Shown: positions 58,163-64,000 of the stretch, piece by piece
How positions within the stretch are numbered: the first letter of the stretch is position 1
Layout of the letters: the number at the start of each line of letters is the position of its first letter
Origin: the human T2T-CHM13v2.0 reference genome, Homo sapiens
Length of the DNA stretch: 64,000 nt
Assembly (NCBI RefSeq): GCF_009914755.1
Contig: NC_060931.1
Strand: one strand, 5' to 3'
Position numbers and translations under genes: made by a program
The notes under the pieces: model-generated
Seen by the model: the letters and a program-made list of their open reading frames with translations, nothing else
What the model was told of the DNA's origin: nothing
Databases searched by the model: none

Positions 58163-60613
58163 CACAGAAGGACATAGAAGTTACGCTTAGGTCCACCATT
58201 CAGTCCCTGTGGATCTTCCAGGTTTTTGTTTTCCCTTCCATTGCAGCAGACCATAAACATTTCTTATATTATGAAATAGTGTTCTAAAATGAGATTTTTA
58301 TATGTTTGCTTAGTATCCATTTTTAGGGCATGCCAATTTATTTTACCAGTTTCTTAACATTATTTTATAATTGGGTTGTTTTGAGCATTTGACTATTATA
58401 AATTATAATATTTCTTGTCTACAAATCCTTGAGCACATCTCCTGCCATTTACCTAAAATAGATTCCTAGAAATGTTACTCCTGGGTCAAGGCATGTAAAC
58501 ATTTTAAGGCTTTTTACACATAATGTCAAAATATTCTGCAGAAATTTGTACCCAAATTTATACTAGTATTGCCATAACAAAATGATGCCTAACTTCTTAT
58601 GTGCTTTTCAATACTAGGTACAATATTTTAAAAATATAAAGAGCCTGATAAGGAATATAGTATCTCATGGCAGTTTGAATTTTTTATTACTAATAAGGTA
58701 GGGGAATTATTTTAAGAGTCTTATTCTTGAATCTATGTAGTATTTTTCTTCTTGATTTTTAAAGGTATCTTTATCATAATTACTTTTAAAGTTGTAATTA
58801 GTTCTCTTTAAAAAAATTATAGTTTGCTTTCTTTCAAAATTTATTTCACTGGATGTTTTCATTAAGGCTATACAATGGGAGTGGTTCTGTAATGAACCTG
58901 GAAGTGTTGAAAAATAATTGAATAACTTAAGCACTTTCAAAATACCAATTAGTTTGTTGGTGACTAAACTAAGTTTCTCTAACTTACATTTTATTGATTG
59001 AACATTTGCTAGAATAATGAGTTAAAAAGTGAGAAGATGCTTTTTTTTTTACTTTTGTTGTAAGCCATCTGCCAAAATTTGGTGAGTGCTGAGGAACATT
59101 TGTCAAGGAATAAAATCATAATTGAGAGTTGTCTAGTCTGAAAAAATAATAAAAACACTCTCAGTGTTTCCATGTGATAGAATGAGAATGACTGTTATTA
59201 CTTCGAAAGTTTCCTGCCCAGGACTTTCATATAACTGATGTTCTCTGTGTTGTACAAAAAAGAAAATAAATAATAGCTTGCTGAACAGTTTTCTGGATTT
59301 CCAAAAAACTTTATTTTGGTTTTTGATATTTTCATAATAATTGGTTTTAAATTTGAAAGTTGTTAAGTAAGTTTAACAGTGAGAGTGGATAGAATATGTT
59401 GTCTGGCAAGGCAGGAGCAGAGTGTAGCAGGGAGACCTTGGAATAAGGCGCTTATTTTATAGTCAACTCTGTTTCCTGCCTTGTGGCTTTGGTCCTTTCA
59501 GCCTGTTTTCTCACCTATACAAAAGGAATACATTTTGCCAGATTTGCCAGATTATTTTCAAAACTAAGTTATATAATGTACACATAGTGCCTGGCACACA
59601 CAAGTGCATGATACATGTATAAAGCAACAGGAATAACTATGGAAATGTGTACTATTCTTAACATAAGTAGTTGGAAGGGGAGATCTTCACAAGACCATAA
59701 CAAAATGAAAAATTCAGTGATTTGTAGGTGAACATTAAATTTATGCTATAATTCTGACCAAGAGTGTATGTGATGGGAGGGAGGGGAACAAATATTTATT
59801 TTTTGCACCAGTGAAGAGTTTTGCAATTATCGCATTGCTATAAAAGTTTGCTGAAAGATTAAAAATAGAATAATATTAGCCATGACTATTCAGAACTGAA
59901 GACCGTGCCAAACAAAGCAAGCAATAGACTAGCAGTATGAACTTTGAAACCCATAGATGTGATGAATTCTGTGGAACCAGCTCTTAAGTGTATAGATACA
60001 TAGATGTTCATGATTTCACTGGGGGAGGCTGATGATCATAGGTCTTGAACTGGAATTGAAGAATGGGTTGGTTTGTACAAGAGTAAGAGAGAAGGAGTGT
60101 CATAAGCCCAGGAATAGTATGGACACCTACACAGAGACAGATAACCATGTAGTGTTTTGCTGTGAATAAATTGACCTAACCTAGAGAATCTGTGTTTGGG
60201 ATGCAGTATGGATAGGAATGGTCTGATCAGAATACTGAGAACCTTAATTGTCAGGCAAAAGAGATGAAGCAAACTGTAGACCATCAGTTGAAAGGTTTTA
60301 GAGACTTTAATGTAGCAGTGATGCAGGGTCTCTGTCGTAGTTCAGATGTGGGATGCACTCTTAAAGTGAGCTCAGTAAGTCAGGAAGAAAGCAATCAGAT
60401 TCCAAACACTGGAACCATAATTTCTCACTTATTTCCTACTCAAGAAGCTTTTAGTAATGTTATCTTGTTCTCTTATGAATATGTTGTTTTAAAAAGAAGA
60501 AATTAAAATGTGACATAGCTGTTGCTTTCCTTTGGTTGACCTCACTTTTACTTTTTATTTTAACACTTTATTTTTCAAGAAAACACATACTTTGAAAAAT
60601 CGTATAATTATAA

Positions 60614-60941
<328 letters not shown>

Positions 60942-61039
60942 AATTGTATTCCTTTCTTGGAGGTGTTTCCTATGACTTATCCTGGCTACAGACCTGCTGG
61001 AAAGGGAGTAGCATTTATGAAACTCCTACATTGTATTAT

Positions 61040-61190
61040 GCATGTTAGTCTCAGCATCCCATTTAGTCTTTACAGTATCCTTATAAAGCAGATGATGTTA
61101 TTCCTATTTTACAGATGTGTACACTGAGCTTCCAGAAAATTAGATGACTGGTAAGTGTTAGTTCAGAATGCTCTGCTTTGTAACATGATG
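61040..61190 (-). mobile_element. MIR
   Basis: ttattcctattttacagatgtgtacactgag. Confidence 0.6.
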
Positions 61191-61994
61191 CTTCCTGAGA
61201 GAATCTGGGGAATGCACAACTTTTGGCAGGAGAAATAAGGACTAAACTAAGAACAGCAATGTTAATTTTTTTTTTATGCCTTAGAGATAGGGAAGTTAGT
61301 CTCCCTCAGAGGAATCCAACTTGATTTTTTCTGAGGGATATAATATCTAGTCACAGGGCTGTTCCTTTGCTTCCTGAGGAAGTGAAATTCACTAAATTGG
61401 GTAGTGACCTTCCATATTTAAAGATACAGTTACAGCTTGCTTTAGTAAAAATGTTAACAACCTTGGAAAATGCAAAATATCTGATCTCAAGAAGATTCTG
61501 ATACCCTTCATTAATGAAAAAAGAATGTCTTGTTTCCTTTCTACTATAATGATCATGAATTTTCCATGTCACTCTAGTTCCTGAAAGAAGTGAATTAGTT
61601 TGCTAGTAGTGGGTCAAAGGTAACTTTCTCCTTTTAAAAACTATGATGAAAGGTGCGAGGTTTAGATAGTATGGGGAACTTCTGAGTTTCTAAATTATAA
61701 AACACATTTTGAAATTTGAATTATGTGCTGCTTAATCTGGTTCATAATTCTTGGTTTCAAATACTAATGGAAATGTTACTTGCAAGTTAAACCCTGAACT
61801 GAGAAACATGCTTTTCTTTATTCTTTTATAAGTGGCTCTTTTAATTGTAGTTCTTTTAAAAAGGAAGTTAACACTTAAGTATCTATTAATTCTTGACAAG
61901 GACCTTATTAAACCTAAGCAACGTGTTTTCAAAAGGGCAGGTAGCTGTTAGCTTTATGTGAGAAACTAAAACTAGGAAAGTAATTATTATGAGC

Positions 61995-63700
61995 TTCTTA
62001 ATCTTTTATTTTTTCCAAAATAGAAATGTCCCTATTTTTTCTTATTATAAAAGGAATTGTTAAATGTTTAAAAGTATTGAAACAGTACTGGACAGTATAC
62101 ATTAAAAAGTGAATGTTTCCCATAATCTTACCCCCTACAGATGACCACTGATTACAGTTTAACACATGTTTTTCCAGAACTTGTTATTTGCAAATGTAAA
62201 CCTCTATTGCTGTCTACATATTTAAAACATTTTAAATGGGATTGATTGTACTACATGTACTATTCTTTATTTTGCTTTTTCTTATTGAAAATTGTTGTTG
62301 ATCTATTTCCCCTTCAGTAATGACAGTTCTGTTTCTTAGATTGTTGGTTTGTTTTGCTATTTTAATAACAGTATGAAGAAATACCTCTTTTGTATGTTTT
62401 TGCACACTTCTCTATTTCCCTAGGCTAAGTTCTTACAAATAGAACTGTTAAGGGAAAGGTAATGCATATTTTAAACTTCAATATATGTTCATAAACTGCT
62501 CTCTAAAAGGTTTTGCCAATTTACTCTCTTGTCAGTATTGCAGGAGAAAGTCCTTTTTGACTAACTCTTTTACAATAATATGAATAACAGTTTTTGCCAG
62601 TCAGGTGAGAAAAAAGAAATGTATTTCTTTGATTATTAGTGTAGTTGAGAAGAATGTCATATGTTTGTGGGCCTTTATGTTTCTCTCGGGAACAGATTGT
62701 TCATGACATGTACCTTGTTTTTCTTAAGGGTGTTTGTTTTTTCTAGTAATTTAAAGAGCTTTTAATATAGCCTTTGATACGTATGTTGTAAATATTTACA
62801 TACGTCTTTTTCTTTTACCTCTTATGATGATATTTGTTGCACAAAATACCTAAAAGTTGACATATTTACACACATCCCATTCTTTTTTGCTTATGGTTTC
62901 TGGCTTTTGTTTGCATGCTAAGAGTAAAAACCCCGGTCAATTTTTTTTTTTTTTTTGGATGCCAAGGCACTTTATGTGCATGTTCTTATTGAAACCTCCC
63001 AGCAACCCAATGAACAGAATACTTTAGCTTCCCTTTTATAGATGGTGGGTAATCACTTATCCAAGGCTACACCGTTTTAAATGATAGTGCCATAACACAA
63101 ATACAGGCAGTCAGATATCTCCCTAGGCCCAAGATTATTAATACAAACAAACAAGAAAATCTCCTGTATTGTAGCCACTGTGTTTTCTTTTTTTAATTGT
63201 TAAATATTTAATTCCTGTGGGGTTCACCTGTTTAATTTCATTTTCATTTTATACTGTTTATTTATATATGCACATGTGTCTACATGTTTCCTATATACTC
63301 TTATTATAATAATCATCATTTCTTTGTCAGTAAAACATTCTTTATTCTGATTTTAGAGTAATTTTTATATCTAAGGGAAAGTCTCCCTCTTTATTTTGTC
63401 TTTAAAACTTCTCTCGACTATTCACACATATCTTTTCTTCCAGAATCAACATGTAAAATTTAATGTACAAATTCTCCTTTTAAAATAGTCTGTAATTGCA
63501 CTAATTGTAATTGCACAATTATCGTCATTACAATATTTATCTTTCTATTCAGGAAAATAGTATGTCTTTTAATTAACTTTTTTAGTAAAGCTGAATAGTT
63601 AACTTCATTTAGATTTGGGGCATGCTATTGTAGGTATATTCCTGGGTTAAATTTTGATTGTGCTCATTATTGTTCACATGTACGTATGACTGCATACCAT
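61995..63700 (-). mobile_element. Degraded L1ME-like sequence with an embedded MIR (~62960-63130)
   Basis: aaactgctctctaaaaggttttgccaatttactct, tgtatttctttgattattagtgtagttgag. Confidence 0.6.
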
Positions 63701-64000
63701 TTTGACAGTGGGTACATGTTAAATCATTACTGTTTATGAAGTCAGTGTCCATTTTTATGAATATTATGCTAGTTCATGTCCTCTTTTTAGACATTCAGTG
63801 TTAGAGAGTGAGGAATAATTTTAATGTCTTGATGGCCAAGACTCTACTTAACCAGCTGTTGGTGACTGAAAGTCCAGTTTCCTTTAGATATGACTCATAG
63901 TTCTTGGTTGGTTCAAATTCTGGATATCAATTTAAAATTGTATTTAAAACCATAGTGGTCCTTAGGGGCCCAGAATTCTTCAAAATTGAACTGAAAGTCA

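Noticed and set aside
50348-59868. Additional MEF2-like 10-mers (50348 TTATTTATAG, 50891 TTAAATATAG, 59859 TTAAAAATAG)
   Set aside because: Degenerate matches expected by chance in AT-rich DNA, with no supporting context.

Overview
Primate (very likely human) AT-rich intronic DNA with many interspersed repeats; this is not microbial sequence. One short exon is supported: 1776-1896 (+), with a tag|G acceptor and a CTG|gtcagt donor. Its last 25 nt encode MMSSPAQP and end in phase 1. I recognise this from memory as the N-terminus of the long, upstream-promoter isoforms of HDAC9 (7p21); I could not confirm it by search. The rest of the window (1897-64000) appears to be one long intron. It contains a full-length but inactivated L1PA5-7-like LINE-1 in antisense (~8999-15149), a 5'-truncated sense L1 (27469-29042), 16 Alu/FLAM elements (12 antisense, 4 sense), MaLR/ERVL LTRs, Tigger and MER5 DNA transposon relics, MIR/L2/L1M fragments and microsatellites. 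All long ORFs in the track are L1 or Alu remnants or chance ORFs. I found no new protein-coding or RNA-gene system. The best leads are regulatory or splicing hypotheses: (1) the L1 antisense promoter points in the host sense direction, keeps its SD2 donor and has a textbook acceptor just downstream; (2) several frame-preserving cryptic exon or microexon candidates lie next to sense (UG)n tracts and could be TDP-43-repressed; (3) there is a MEF2/E-box motif pair, a trimeric Alu and a perfect 26-bp palindrome. Repeat subfamily names come from recall of consensus sequences, and boundaries of old repeats are approximate.
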